A DNA stretch of 64,000 nucleotides. Origin: Octopus vulgaris (taxonomy: Eukaryota). The notes beneath the pieces were generated by a model. That model did no database searches. It saw only the letters and a program-made list of their open reading frames with translations, and was not told the origin of the DNA. The translations under genes and the position numbers were made by a program. Positions 1 through 11,169 of this stretch are shown here, piece after piece. Every line of letters starts with the position of its first letter. Within the stretch, counting starts at the first letter, position 1. Where the stretch lies: contig OX597833.1 of assembly GCA_951406725.2 (NCBI GenBank), positions 66,216,001-66,280,000 of the forward strand. Reading direction: 5' to 3'.

Positions 1-148
1 GTCCCCGTCACTTAGCGGTTCAGCAAAAGACACACGATAGAATAAGTACTGGGCTTACAAAAAGAATAAGTCCCAGGGTCGAGTTGCTCGATTAAAGGCG
101 GTGCTCCAGCATGGCCGCAGTCAAATGACTGAAACAAGTAAAAGAGTA
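1..148 (+). mobile_element. 3' part of tRNA-derived SINE family A
   Basis: Matches the 3' half of full copies (cttagcggttc...ggcggtgctccagcatggccgcagtcaaatgactgaaacaagtaaaagagta). Confidence 0.85.
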
Positions 149-821
149 GTGCCATTTGACAGAGTAATCCTGAATGCTAAAGGATTAGCAATAAGGTGTA
201 AAGACGCATTGCATTCTCTCCCTTGTTCAGTCCACATCTGCATGCTTGTTACTGCTGCTGCTGCTGTTATTGTTTAGCCCTAGGCCAGGCCTGAAAGAAT
301 TACATCCATGGCATGTCGACGACCAACATAAATGCCGAGGTTTGATCGACCCATCGCAGAATCTATAGCAGCAGATATTATTTACATACCTCTCTGCTTA
401 GCTACAAAGCTTGCTACACATTCCGACAACATGCATATTGCAGTTTATCATTCAGTTGTGGCAGTAGGAACTTCCAATGTGCAGCAACTCGCATCTTGGT
501 GCTAAAGTGTTCTCACCTTATATTATTACAAGGTATTTGGGTAAATAAATGCTACTTTCCTTCCTTCTTCCGTATATAATGGCAAAACGGTTTGGTGAGT
601 GTGTTGATTGTAAATAGTTGTGTTATAAAACTAAGCGACTGTTAGATGCATCAGGGTTTTCAATACCTTTCCACCAGAAGGGTCTTTAGGGCTAACGAAA
701 CAGAGAGATAAAGGTCGGGGGTTGTGCAGGGATAGAAAGGGCAGCTGGGAGACAAAGACAGGAAGAGAAATACAAACACAACACACATACACATACACAC
801 ATGCATGCATTAGCACAGTTT

Positions 822-1150
822 GGAGAGAGAGACAAATAGGCAGAGAAGAAGAGAGACAGAGAATGTGGAGATAAACTAAAGACAAAATGAGAGGGAAATG
901 AAAGAGAGAGAGAGAGAGGGAGAGAGACAGACAAATAGAGAGAGAAGAGAGACAGAGAATGTGGAGATATACTAAAGACAAAATTAGAGGGAAATGAAAG
1001 AGAAAGAGAGAAAGAGAGAGAGAGACAAATAGACAGAGAAGACGAGAGACAGAGAATGTGGCGATATACTAAAGACAAAATGAAAGAGAGAGAGGGAAAT
1101 GAAAGAAAGAGAGGGAAATGAGAGAGAGAGAGAAAGAGAGACAGAGACAG
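822..1150. repeat. Purine-rich ~95-100 bp tandem repeat (3 units)
   Basis: gacaaatag..gagacagagaatgtggagata.actaaagacaaaat recurs near 831, 930 and 1023. Confidence 0.75.
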
Positions 1151-1225
1151 ACAGTGTTCTGTTAGTCTCACCAAGTGAGCCTGATACTTAGAACTAACTA
1201 CAATGAGATCCATGGACATACTAAT

Positions 1226-1285
1226 TCCTACAGCATACACACACACACACACACACACACACATTCCCACAGCTGCATGCACATC

Positions 1286-1360
<75 letters not shown>
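1226..1360. repeat. (CA)n microsatellites
   Basis: Visible directly. Confidence 0.95.
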
Positions 1361-1364
<4 letters not shown>

Positions 1365-1578
1365 AACACACCACCATCATAAATTAAAAAAGACCTCTTG
1401 TCAAGTATTCTATCCAGATGCCTTCAGGCAGTAGTGGGAGTATACAAACAAACAATACACTCATATACTCACACACTCTCTCTCTCTCTCTATCTCTCCT
1501 CATATTTACCTATCAACCTCACTTGAACAAGGCCACAGCCTCTACGCGAACACTTGACCTACAAGAAATAACAAAATC

Positions 1579-2000
1579 AGATCTTTTCGGTTTGACTGGC
1601 AGTCTTTTCTAGCGGTATCATATGAAATTGTCACCCATAATTATGACCCTAGTATCGATCTATTGCATTTCAATCTGTGTTAGGGTTAGTTAGGGGTTGG
1701 GAGAAGGGTATCTTTTTTTCTTCACAAATGTAAATAAACACAATCTGTTTCTTAAACAAGGGACATATTCATACGGCACAGAATGGTTTTTTTTTACCTC
1801 AATAGACGTCAGTGATTGGTTGAAATTGCAGAAAGTGAAGGAAAAAAAACATCAAATATCTTACAAACTATAGAATTTTCTCAATAAAGCCAAGAGAAAA
1901 AGATGTTTTATAAACACATTCTACCAGTATACGAAGTTTAAAAGTGTTTAAGTTACGTGGAAATTATTTTTAAAAACTGCCGGTCAAACCGAAAAGATCC
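1579..2000. mobile_element. Non-autonomous DNA transposon (Merlin-like MITE family 1, ~420 bp)
   Basis: TIRs (a/g)gatcttttcggtttgac...gtcaaaccgaaaagatcc; 8-bp TSD acaaaatc at 1571-1578 and 2001-2008; internal ttaggg-like repeats. The superfamily is inferred from GG..CC ends and an 8-bp TSD. Confidence 0.8.
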
Positions 2001-2071
2001 ACAAAATCTCCCTTGAATCACACAACTCAGCCTTATACAAAAACAAAAGCCAAAGAAAAAAAAACAGCACA

Positions 2072-2563
2072 GGCGCAGGAGTGGCTGTATGGTAAGTAGC
2101 TTGCTAACCAACCACATGGTTCCGGGTTCAGTCCCACTGCGTGGCATCTTGGGCAAGTGTCTTCTACTATAGCCTCAGGCTGACCAATGCCATGAGAGTG
2201 GATTTGGTAGACGGAAACTGAAAGAAGCCCGTGCCAGATCTGACTGGCCTGGTGCAGCCTTCGGGCTTCCCAGACCCCAGTTGAACCATCCAACCCATGC
2301 TAGCATGGAAAGCGGACGTTAAACGATGATGATGATGATGATGTGTGTGTGTGTGTATATGTTTGTGTGTCTGTGTTTGTCCCCCTAGCATTGCTTGACA
2401 ACCGATGCTGGTGTGTTTACGTCCACGTCACTTAGCAGTTCAGCAAAAGAGACCGTTACTGGGCTTACGAAAGAATAAGTCCCGGGGTCGATTTGTTCAA
2501 CTAAAGGCGGTGCTCCAGCATGGCCGCAGTCAAATGACTGAAACAAGTGAAAGAGTAAAAGAG
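2072..2563 (+). mobile_element. SINE family A, full length, with a (GAT)n-tailed RTE-type 3' fragment inserted at ~2232-2342
   Basis: tRNA-like head ggcgcaggagtggctgtatggtaag...ggttcagtccc (A and B boxes) and (aagagta)n tail. Confidence 0.85.
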
Positions 2564-2879
2564 CACAATAGGCACAGTCGTGGCCTGGCCCCATAGTAAG
2601 AAATTTGCCAGCAGTGGGACTGAACCTAGAACCAAGAACTAATGAAGAAAACTTCTTACCGCAAAACCACGCCTTCACCTATAGTGTGGTTAATTTTGTT
2701 TTCACCTTTTTCTTTCGAATATAAAAATGTCACTGGCCTCTGTGTTATTCTTTCTCATTATATCTATTTACAATCTCTCTTTTCAATAAAAAATTAAATA
2801 TTTGATTAGTCACTTGTATGACCTCCAAGCTCTCTTATCTGCCAAACACTTCTTATAAATCTTTCTTATATTTACAGAA

Positions 2880-3148
2880 ATCGCCTGAGTGGCGTCCATG
2901 TTGGTGACACGTAAAAGCACCAACCGATCGTGGCCGTTTGCCAGCCTCTTCTGTCCCCTGTGCCAGTGGCACATAAAAAGCACCCACTACACTCTTGGAG
3001 TGGTTGGCGTTAGGAAGGGCATCCTGCTGTAGAAACATTGCCAGATCAGACTGGAGCCTGGTGCAGCCTCCTGACTTCCCAGACCCCGGTCGAACCGTCC
3101 AACCCATGCTAGCATGGAAATCGGACGTTAAATGATGATGATGATGAT
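2880..3148 (+). mobile_element. (GAT)n-tailed non-LTR retroelement 3' end (RTE-type)
   Basis: Ends in ccaacccatgctagcatggaaa.cggacgttaaa(tga)n. Other copies at about 3474-3620(-), 3975-4530(-), 24357-24571, 29567-29755(-), 37600-37895, 38385-38528, 45700-46072, 47200-47715 and 48216-48545(-). Confidence 0.75.
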
Positions 3149-3400
3149 GTACTTGCATAGCAAGCGACTTGATCTGAGATCGTGTGCTGAAACAGAAACA
3201 ATTGCAGCGTTGAAGGTGTATATAAGCCATTTAAAAACACACAAAATCCATTAGATTCACCTCAACACTTCAATTTAACTTGTGCCAAAATATTTCCGTC
3301 ACTTTGAAACCACAACCTGTTCACTAACAAAATTCTGTACTGCACGGAATTTTTGTGTGTTTTTAAATGGCTTATAAACACCTTCCACTCTGCAATTGTT
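3149..3400. mobile_element. Short foldback element, probably Penelope-derived
   Basis: Inverted arms caattgcagcg..gaaggtg.ttataagccatttaaaaacacacaaaa. Related copies at ~33058-33200 and ~43255-43470; degenerate hammerhead-like fold in the spacer. Confidence 0.55.
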
Positions 3401-4882
3401 TCATATATTTCTTACTTTATATTTGGTTTACATCTCTGTATTTTACATAAGTACATAAATGTTGAGCTCTGTGCATCATCATCATCGTCGTCGTTTAACG
3501 TCTGCTTTCCATGCTGGCATGGGTTGGACAGTTCGACCGGGGTCTGGGAAGCCAGGAGGCTGCACCAGGCTCCCATCTTGATCTGGCAGTGTTTCTAAAG
3601 CTGGATGCCTTTCCAAACGCCTGGATTTTGTGGGGAGGGGAATAGTCAATCGCATTGACCCTCAGTACTCAACTGGTACTTGATTTATCGACCCCGAAAG
3701 GATGAAAGGCAAAGTCTTTTTTTTGCCACAAGGGCAGCTTGGAGGAGGTGGGGATGAGTTGATTACATTGACCCCCAGTGTTTAACTGGTACTTGTTTTA
3801 TCAATTCTGAAAGGAGTGGCTGTGAGGTAAGTAGCTTGCTTACCAAACTACATGGTTCCAGGTTCAGTCCCACTGCGTGGCACCTTGGGCGTCTTCTATT
3901 ATAGCCTTGGGCTGACCAAAGCCTTGTCAGTGGATTTGGTAGTCGGAGACTGAAAGAAGCCTGTTGTATATCCTCATCATCATCATTGTTTAATGTCCGT
4001 TTTCCATGCTAGCATGGGTTGGACAGTTCGACCGGGGTCTGGGAAACCAGGAGGCTGCACCAGGCTCCAGTCTTGATCTGGCAGTGTTTCTACAGCTGGA
4101 TGCCCTTCCTAACGCCAACCACTCCGTGAGTGTAGTGGGTGCTTTTTACGTGCCACCAACACAGGAGCCAGAGGAGGCTGGCAACGACCACAATTGGTTG
4201 GTGTTTTTTACGTGCCACAAGCACGGAAGCCAGTCAAGGCGGTGCTAGCATTGGCCACATTCGGATGGTGCTTTTTACATGCCACCAGCGCAGGGATCAC
4301 AACTGTGAGAGAGAGGGTGAAAAGCTGATGACAGTTTTACAGCCTCCTGCTGCCCTGAGTTCCATCATCATCATCATCATCATCATTGTCGTTTAACATC
4401 CGCTTTCCATGCTAGCATGGGTTGGACGGTTTGATTGAAGACTGACGAACCAGATGGCTGCACCAGGCTCCAATCTTGATCTGGCAAAGTTTCTACAGCT
4501 GGATGCCCTTCCTAATGCCAACCACTCCAAGTTAAATAAAGCGGAGATGGTCACATCTGGATCATCTCTGATCGGTTAGAATCAGAAGTATGCTGGATTG
4601 AGGATGATGAGGTGAGGTGGTTGGAGCCAACAACAAACACCACTTACCAAGGAATACCACAAAATGGTGGTGGCAGCGTTGATGGTGGTGGTGGTGGTGG
4701 TGAGCGGGGGAGTTTATGATTACACGATTATTATTATTATTATTATTATTATGGTGGTTTGTTGTTGATTGTTAAAATGTAAAACAATAACACGATGAGG
4801 ACAAAGAGCAGCCAAATGGTGTCATAATGCGTGTACGGACATGACCATCACCACTGTTTCATCAACAACAGAGAGCGTCTTC

Positions 4883-5047
4883 ATAGGTCTGCTAGAAATA
4901 GCAGCTAATTCTGTGTTCTGAGAAAGAAAGAAAAAAAAAATGAGAATGACAATTGGATAATAGAGTAAGAGAAAAAAAATGGGATGGTCTTCACTGGATT
5001 GTCTTTGATAAGAGATCAACTTGAGCAGCTTGAGCCAAATACAACAT
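4883..5047. repeat. Old dispersed repeat (ctagaaatagcagc...gggatggtc...tgacctgaggctaaacaac)
   Basis: Degenerate copies also near 11040-11880, 15990-16170, 18050-18230, 19280-19580, 21330-21465, 22870-23050 and 32100-32200. Confidence 0.55.
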
Positions 5048-5178
5048 CAAAGCATAACTCTGATGTTTTAGCTTTTTACTTTTATCAGTGGACTGTGGCC
5101 ATGCTGGAACACTACATTCGACCATACATTTACATTATTTACATTTGATGGATATTTGTCCTCATCTTGTTTGTTGTT

Positions 5179-5225
5179 AACACAACATTTCAGCTGATGT
5201 ACCCTCCAGCCTTCATCAGGTGTCT
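5179..5225 (-). ncRNA. Minimal type I hammerhead ribozyme motif (Penelope-type)
   Basis: Minus strand reads acac-CTGATGA-a-ggctg..cagct-GAAA-tgtt-gtgt. Stems I and II pair; stem III is degenerate. Confidence 0.6.
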
Positions 5226-5566
5226 TGGGGAAATTTCGAACCTAGGTTCTCATTCCTAAGGTATTTTTCACTGTTGTTGTTGTTGTTATTATTAGTATTA
5301 TTAACCAAAATGAAGTAGATTGACAAAATTATTTTTTTAACCTGTTGAGGCTACAGTAGAAGACACTTACCCAAGGTGCCACACAGTGAGACTGAACCCG
5401 GAACCATCTGGTTGGGAAGGAAGCTTCTTACCACACAGCCAAGCTGTGCCTATATATATACATATATAGTTAATCCAAACAAGAAAGCACAAAAAAACAC
5501 AACAACACGAGGACATGGAACAAATATAGTAATATTGGACGCTCAGGAAAGAAGGGAAGAAGGAGG

Positions 5567-5601
5567 GTTTAACGTTTCGAGCGGAGCTCTTCGTCGGAAA
5601 C
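5567..5601 (-). ncRNA. Minimal hammerhead motif with variant core CCGACGA
   Basis: Minus strand reads gttt-CCGACGA-a-gagc(tcc)gctc-GAAAcgtt-aaac. It lies in a ~220 bp element between (TA)n tracts. Confidence 0.6.
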
Positions 5602-5718
5602 ATAGGAGAAGGAAAGATCCAGAGAAGGGAAGACGGAGGGAAAAAAATCGCCAACGGTACACACAAGGTCACATTTTGAAAGTATATATATATATATATA
5701 TATATACAAAATAAATAA

Positions 5719-5966
5719 ATGCACCCTTTTAAAACCTAGCCAGGCTCATGGGCCCGGTTTCCCAGTTTCAATGGCGTATGTGTTCCCCAGCTGGACAGGA
5801 CGCCAGTCCATCGCAGCGTTACTCATTTTTGCCAGCTCAGTGAACTGGAGCAACGTGAAATGAAGTGTTTTGCTCAAGAACACAACGCATTGCCCGGTCC
5901 AGGAATCGAAACCACAATTTTACGGTCACGATGCTGACACCCTAACCACTAAGCCACGCGCCTCCA
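5719..5966 (-). mobile_element. tRNA-derived SINE, head C + tail X (V-domain-like)
   Basis: Head ggaggcgcgtggcttagtggttagg..ggtttcgattcc; body gcgatggactggcgtcctgtccag. Confidence 0.8.
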
Positions 5967-6151
5967 CTATACACACACATGCACAGCTATAGAATAGATG
6001 GCACATATCGTCTAAGCATCAGATAAAAGACAGACTAAATGAAGAGGAAAAAGAAAAAAAATCATTTTATGTAGTGATTAGCATTTGTTTAATTAGAATG
6101 AATACAACGAAGATTAGTCATCACACACACACACACACATATATATATATA

Positions 6152-6458
6152 CTCTTTTACTCTTTTACTTGTTTCAGTCATTTGACTGCGGCCATGCTGG
6201 AGCACCACCTTTAGTCGAGCAAATCGACCCCGGGTTGTCAAGCAATGCTAGGGGGACAAACACAAACACACAAATATATATATATATACATATATACGAC
6301 AGGCTTCTTTCAGTTTCCGTCTACCAAATCCACTCACAAGGCATTGGTCGGCCCGGGGCTATAGCAGAAGACAGTTGCCCAAGATGCCACGCAGTGGGAC
6401 TGAACCCAGAACCATGTGGTTGGTTAGCAAGCTACTTACCACACAGCCACTCCTGCAC
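6152..6458 (-). mobile_element. SINE family A, internally deleted
   Basis: Reverse complement of the family A head and tail; the segment between cgacccc and gttgtcaagc is missing. Confidence 0.8.
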
Positions 6459-6459
6459 C

Positions 6460-6492
<33 letters not shown>

Positions 6493-6518
6493 TTTGTATT
6501 AATGGAAAACCTCTATAA

Positions 6519-6604
6519 TTGGCTGATGAATACTCGGCATTTTAAATCCGTTGTAATACTTACAACATTTAATAAAATGATGAAGTATGAAACGATCGTA
6601 CCAA
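6519..6604 (+). ncRNA. Hammerhead ribozyme motif, canonical core, long stem-II loop
   Basis: ttgg-CTGATGA-atact..(~49 nt)..agtat-GAAAcgatcgTA-ccaa. Stem III is palindromic (acgatcgt) and the cleavage triplet is GUA. Confidence 0.65.
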
Positions 6605-6960
6605 ATTACCGGAGTCATTCTTGTTGCTTATTTTGATATATATATAAATATATACACACACACACACACACACACATGTAGAGGTAAAATCGTGGGACAT
6701 GGATGTAAACAGACGACACTTCGAAGTCACTATCAACATCTTCCTTACAAAACCTAATCAAGCATGCGTGTGTGTGTGTGTGTGTGTTTAATGCTAAACA
6801 CAAACACCAGAAGGCATCAACTATTCAACTGGATGTCCTTTTGAAATATCTTTTCAAAAGACTACAGAGCACGTGTTACTGCTGTTTCAGCTGAGGTCAC
6901 CATGTGCATACACATATATTTTTTTTATTTATAAGTACACGTACACATGCACTCTCTCTT

Positions 6961-7338
6961 AGCACTCCGTCGGCTACGACGACGAGGGTTCCGGTTGATC
7001 CGAATCAACGGAACAGCCTGCTCGTGAAATTAACGTGTAAGTGGCTGAGCACTCCACAGACACGTGTACCCATAACGTAGTTCTCGGGGATATTCAGCGT
7101 GACACAGAGAGTGACAAGGCCGGCCCTTTGAAATACAGGTACAACAGAAACAGGAAGTAAGAGTGAGAGAAAGTTGTGGTGAAAGAGTACAGCAGGGATC
7201 ACCACCAGCCTCTGCTGGAGCCTCGTGGAGCTTTAGGTGTTTTCGCTCAATAAACACTCACAACGCCCGGTCTGGGAATCGAAACCGCGATCCTATGACC
7301 GCGAGTCCGCTGCCCTAACCACTGGGCCATTGCGCCTC
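6961..7338 (-). mobile_element. tRNA-derived SINE, head B + tail Y
   Basis: Head gaggcgcaatggcccagtggttagggcagcgg..ggtttcgattccc; near-identical 5'-truncated copy at 29938-30267. Confidence 0.85.
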
Positions 7339-7547
7339 ACACATACATACATATGTACATACATACCAATCAGTATTGTGGGGTTTCAGAGATGAAATCT
7401 TCTTCCCAAGCGATCCTTTTTCTCCAAAATTACATTTACATTTCTCCTTCCTATCTTTCTACATCGATAAACATTCAATATATCTTGCCTATCAGTTCGT
7501 ATCTTCCATAAAATTGCAGTTTTCTTTATTTTATATATATATATATA

Positions 7548-7915
7548 GGCGCAGGAGTGGCTGTGTGGTAAGTAGCTTGCTTACCAACCACATGGTTCCG
7601 GGTTTAGTCCCACTGTGTGGCACCATGGGCAAGTGTCTTCTACTATAGACTCGGGCCGAGCAAAGCCTTCTGAGTGGATTTGGTAGACAGAAACTGAAAG
7701 AAGCTTGTCGTATACATGTATGTGTGTGTGTGTTTGTGTGTCTGTGTTTGTCCCCCTACCATTGCTTGACAACCGATGCTGGTGTGTTTACGTCCCCGTA
7801 GCTTAGCGGTTCGGCAAAAGAGACCAATAGAATAAGTCCCGGGGTCGATTTGCTCGACTAAAGGCGGTGCTCCAGCATGGCCGCAGTCAAATGACTGAAA
7901 CAAGTAAAAGAGTAT
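7548..7915 (+). mobile_element. SINE family A
   Basis: Head-to-tail match to the other copies. Confidence 0.85.
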
Positions 7916-8611
7916 ACCAGATAAGAAGTGAGGGTCGACCAACGAACTAAAAAGCAGCCCCTCAAAATAAATGATTGTGTGGACAACGAAATCCTTATTG
8001 ACCAATCCTTCAACATGTTCCACGTGGAGAGCATGGAGAGGGGCAAAATCGTTACCTTCCAGTAAATCTGTAGAAAGGTGGATGAGAGCAGCACACACAC
8101 GATTCTAATGATTGAGACTGGACTCAGCATGCGTCTGTAAGGCGGGAAATACAGCTGAGGAGTGGAGGCGGCACTCACACTTGGTATTCGGAGTAATGTG
8201 GGACCTTGAGTGTTCTTTGATCGACCCTAAGTGACAGCCCTCCTCTTGAGGCTTAACACGTGTGTAAACTGTGGTCAATCGCTCTTCATTCATTTTGATT
8301 TCAATGTCAGCCCACTACAACACATTCTTTTGTGATGTGATCCATCATCCTTGAGAAAATAACGGAAAATATATTTTATTATGAGGGAGGCCAGGCCTGA
8401 CACAGTCGCAGAGCGTTGGACAAAATGCCCAGCAATATTTGTTCCCGCTTAACGATCTTGAGTTCAAATCCTGCAAAGATCGACTTTGCCCTTCCTTTTT
8501 TCAGAGGTCGATAAAAACAAAAGGCAAGACTTTCACCCGTCCCCCCCCCACCGAAAAAAAAACCACCCGGGGGGGGGGGGGCGTCGGGAGTCTTTCCCAA
8601 AAAAAACCTGG

Positions 8612-8768
8612 GACGATCCTTCGGTATAGGTACCGTAAGTGGTTTTGTTTACATTTCTGAGGATAACAGAAACCCTTTTCTCCCACCCCGAACCCCCCAT
8701 ATATATAAAAAAAAAACACTTTCTTGAAATGTATCCGATACTTCCGGTACCTATACCGAAGTTACGCC
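8612..8768. mobile_element. Merlin-like MITE family 2
   Basis: TIR g.cgatccttcggtataggtac / gtacctataccgaag..cgcc; 8-bp TSD aaacctgg; cleaner copy at 50358-50529. Confidence 0.75.
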
Positions 8769-8784
8769 AAACCTGGCACATCAT

Positions 8785-9036
8785 CTGTTACAACGAGGAT
8801 TCGCGTTGACCTGATCAACGGAACATCCTTCTCGTGAAATCAACGTGCAAATGGCCGAGTACTCCACAGACATGTGTAACCTTAACATAGTTCTCAGGAA
8901 GGTTCAGCGTGACACAGGATGTGACATAGCTGGCCCTTTTAAATTACAGGCACAATTCATCTTTGCCAGCTTAAGGGACTGGAGCTATGTGAAATAAGGT
9001 GTCTTGCTTAACGATACAACGTGCCGCCAGGAATCC
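8785..9036 (-). mobile_element. Diverged SINE, head C body + tail Y
   Basis: Tail Y (caacggaaca..ctcgtgaaat.aacgtg) joined to the tttgccagct..ctggagc..gtgaaat body of head C. Confidence 0.7.
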
Positions 9037-9114
9037 CAACCAGCAAGCCATGCCCTTCCCCCCCCCAAAAAAAACTGCAAGCCATGAACCCCCTCATCTG
9101 ACGTCAGGAGCAAA

Positions 9115-9507
9115 TCTCTATATATAAAGTTGAAGTTGTCTGTGTATGGCAGGTTTGGTAGCCTTCAACTAACACTATCTCCTCCGAGACCCTGCGGCGC
9201 AAGCTGACCAAAATTGAGAGTATGATAGAAGAAGGCTTGCTCTTCCTTCTGTAGAAGATAAAATTCAAATCGGACCATGTTAACATCAAAAATTATTTAC
9301 ATCAAAAAGGTGCTTTTGTTTCTATGAAAATCCCTATTTTTTACGATTTTTTTGACAGCTGTGTCGCCATTTTTCGGTGTATTTCAACCGGAAAAATGTT
9401 CACGTAAAGAGAATAACAAGATACATAATGCAAATTTTTTACTTTTCAAAAAATTCCAATTCTAAAGGGTCGAAACAAACCCGAGCAACGCCGGGCGATA
9501 CTGCTAG
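9115..9507 (+). mobile_element. Non-autonomous Helitron
   Basis: 5' TC, 3' hairpin cccg-agcaacgc-cggg then CTAG, inserted between A and T, no TSD. Confidence 0.8.
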
Positions 9508-10192
9508 TAAACCTATATCGCTGTAGAGAGAACCATTATTACAAAATGGATTGGCAGAACCGGTAAAGCGTTGGAGAAAATGTTACGTGAGGCTTCAGTT
9601 ACCTCCCTTTGCAAACCCGCGATCAAATCCAGCCGGGAGAGAATTTGTTCGCCTTTGTTTCCGGTAGGAGAAAGAGTGAGAGAATAAAGTATAAACGAAC
9701 AGCTGGGAGTGGGGGAGAGTCACTATATTTGCAGCATGGTGTCTACGTTAGTATTGAGTAACACAATACGTGTTGTGTACCAACAAACGAAAGTACATCC
9801 TGTATGCATGGATGTACACAAACACACACATATACATAAATATATAGCATGTACACAAACACACACATACATACATATACAAATGCACCCTCACACATAT
9901 GTATGTATGTTACGTTTGTTTCTATGCTAAGTAATAAATATAAACAATTTAACATTAACTTGAAGATCACTTCATACTGTTTAGGAGAACGAGAGTAGGG
10001 TACAAATTGTTTGGTAGGGTAGGCGAAAGTCCGCCAAGTACATAGTTTAACCCTTACAAGGTAAAAAAAGGTTGTTGACGGCGAACAAGCTTCGAAGTCA
10101 CTATCAACAGTTTCCTTGTTAAAATTCACACACACATTATATATGTGTGTGTGTGTGTATAGATAGACAGATACACGTGCGTATGATTCATA

Positions 10193-10434
10193 GGTACTAT
10201 TTGAGAACAGTGGTCCCGGTGCGCGTACTCGCGCTATAGCTAGTCGTGACTAGTCGATCCTACAACGACTACCTAGCCAAGTAAATAAAACACAAAATAA
10301 ACAATTTTTTTACACAAAGTAAATAATTTTTAAAAACAAAGTAAATAAAACACAAAAACACAAGGCAAGGATCGACTAGTCATGACTAGCTAGCGCGAGT
10401 GCGCGCACCGGGACCACCCTTCTTAAGTAGAACC
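10193..10434. mobile_element. Merlin-like MITE family 3
   Basis: Long TIRs ggtacta.tt.agaa..gtggtcccggtgcgcg; other copies at 49956-50213 and ~42075-42210 (truncated). Confidence 0.75.
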
Positions 10435-10545
10435 GGTTAATTCTTACAAGGTAAAAACGGTTGCTGACGGCGAACAAGCCGAAATTTCGAAGTCACTATC
10501 AACATTATCCTTGTTAAAATCCACACACACCTTATATATGTGTGT

Positions 10546-10582
10546 ATAGATAGATAGATGGATTGATAGATCGATAGAAAGG

Positions 10583-10663
<81 letters not shown>

Positions 10664-10720
10664 CGATAGATGGATGGATGGATGGATGGATCGATAGATA
10701 GATATATAGATGGATGGATA
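10546..10720. repeat. (TAGA)n/(TGGA)n microsatellite
   Basis: Visible directly. Confidence 0.95.
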
Positions 10721-10813
10721 CACGTGTGTATGATTCATAAACGCAAGAGAACAGCCTGTTCACATAATATATGAGATAATCATTATAATATATCGTTATA
10801 TACACACACATAT

Positions 10814-10846
<33 letters not shown>

Positions 10847-11125
10847 TACACACCCATATTACATGTATAGACAGTCAAGTATATATATATATATGTGCAG
10901 ATATACACAATATTTGAACAACATAACTCGGCGATATTATATAATAATATAAAAATCAATGAATGAATGCGATAAGTCATCAATTGATTTATCGATCAAG
11001 AGATGACAATTCACGAATGTGATATCATTTGCTATTGTTTTAGCCTCAGGTCAGTCAACCGTACTAATAATACAACGGATTTGCTAAAGATGTTCCAAGC
11101 GTGATCATCCAGCCTCAATCCTTTT

Positions 11126-11169
<44 letters not shown>

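Noticed and set aside
631-1387. Long ORFs (225 aa etc.)
   Set aside because: Translations of (CA)n and GA-rich repeats; no protein signal.
2072-2145. SINE heads as tRNA genes
   Set aside because: A and B boxes are present, but there is no proper cloverleaf or terminator and they continue into SINE bodies.
7915-8350. Higher-GC unique stretch with short ORFs (also 39830-40100 and 25990-26230)
   Set aside because: No recognisable motifs; probably old TE debris, but I cannot support a call.
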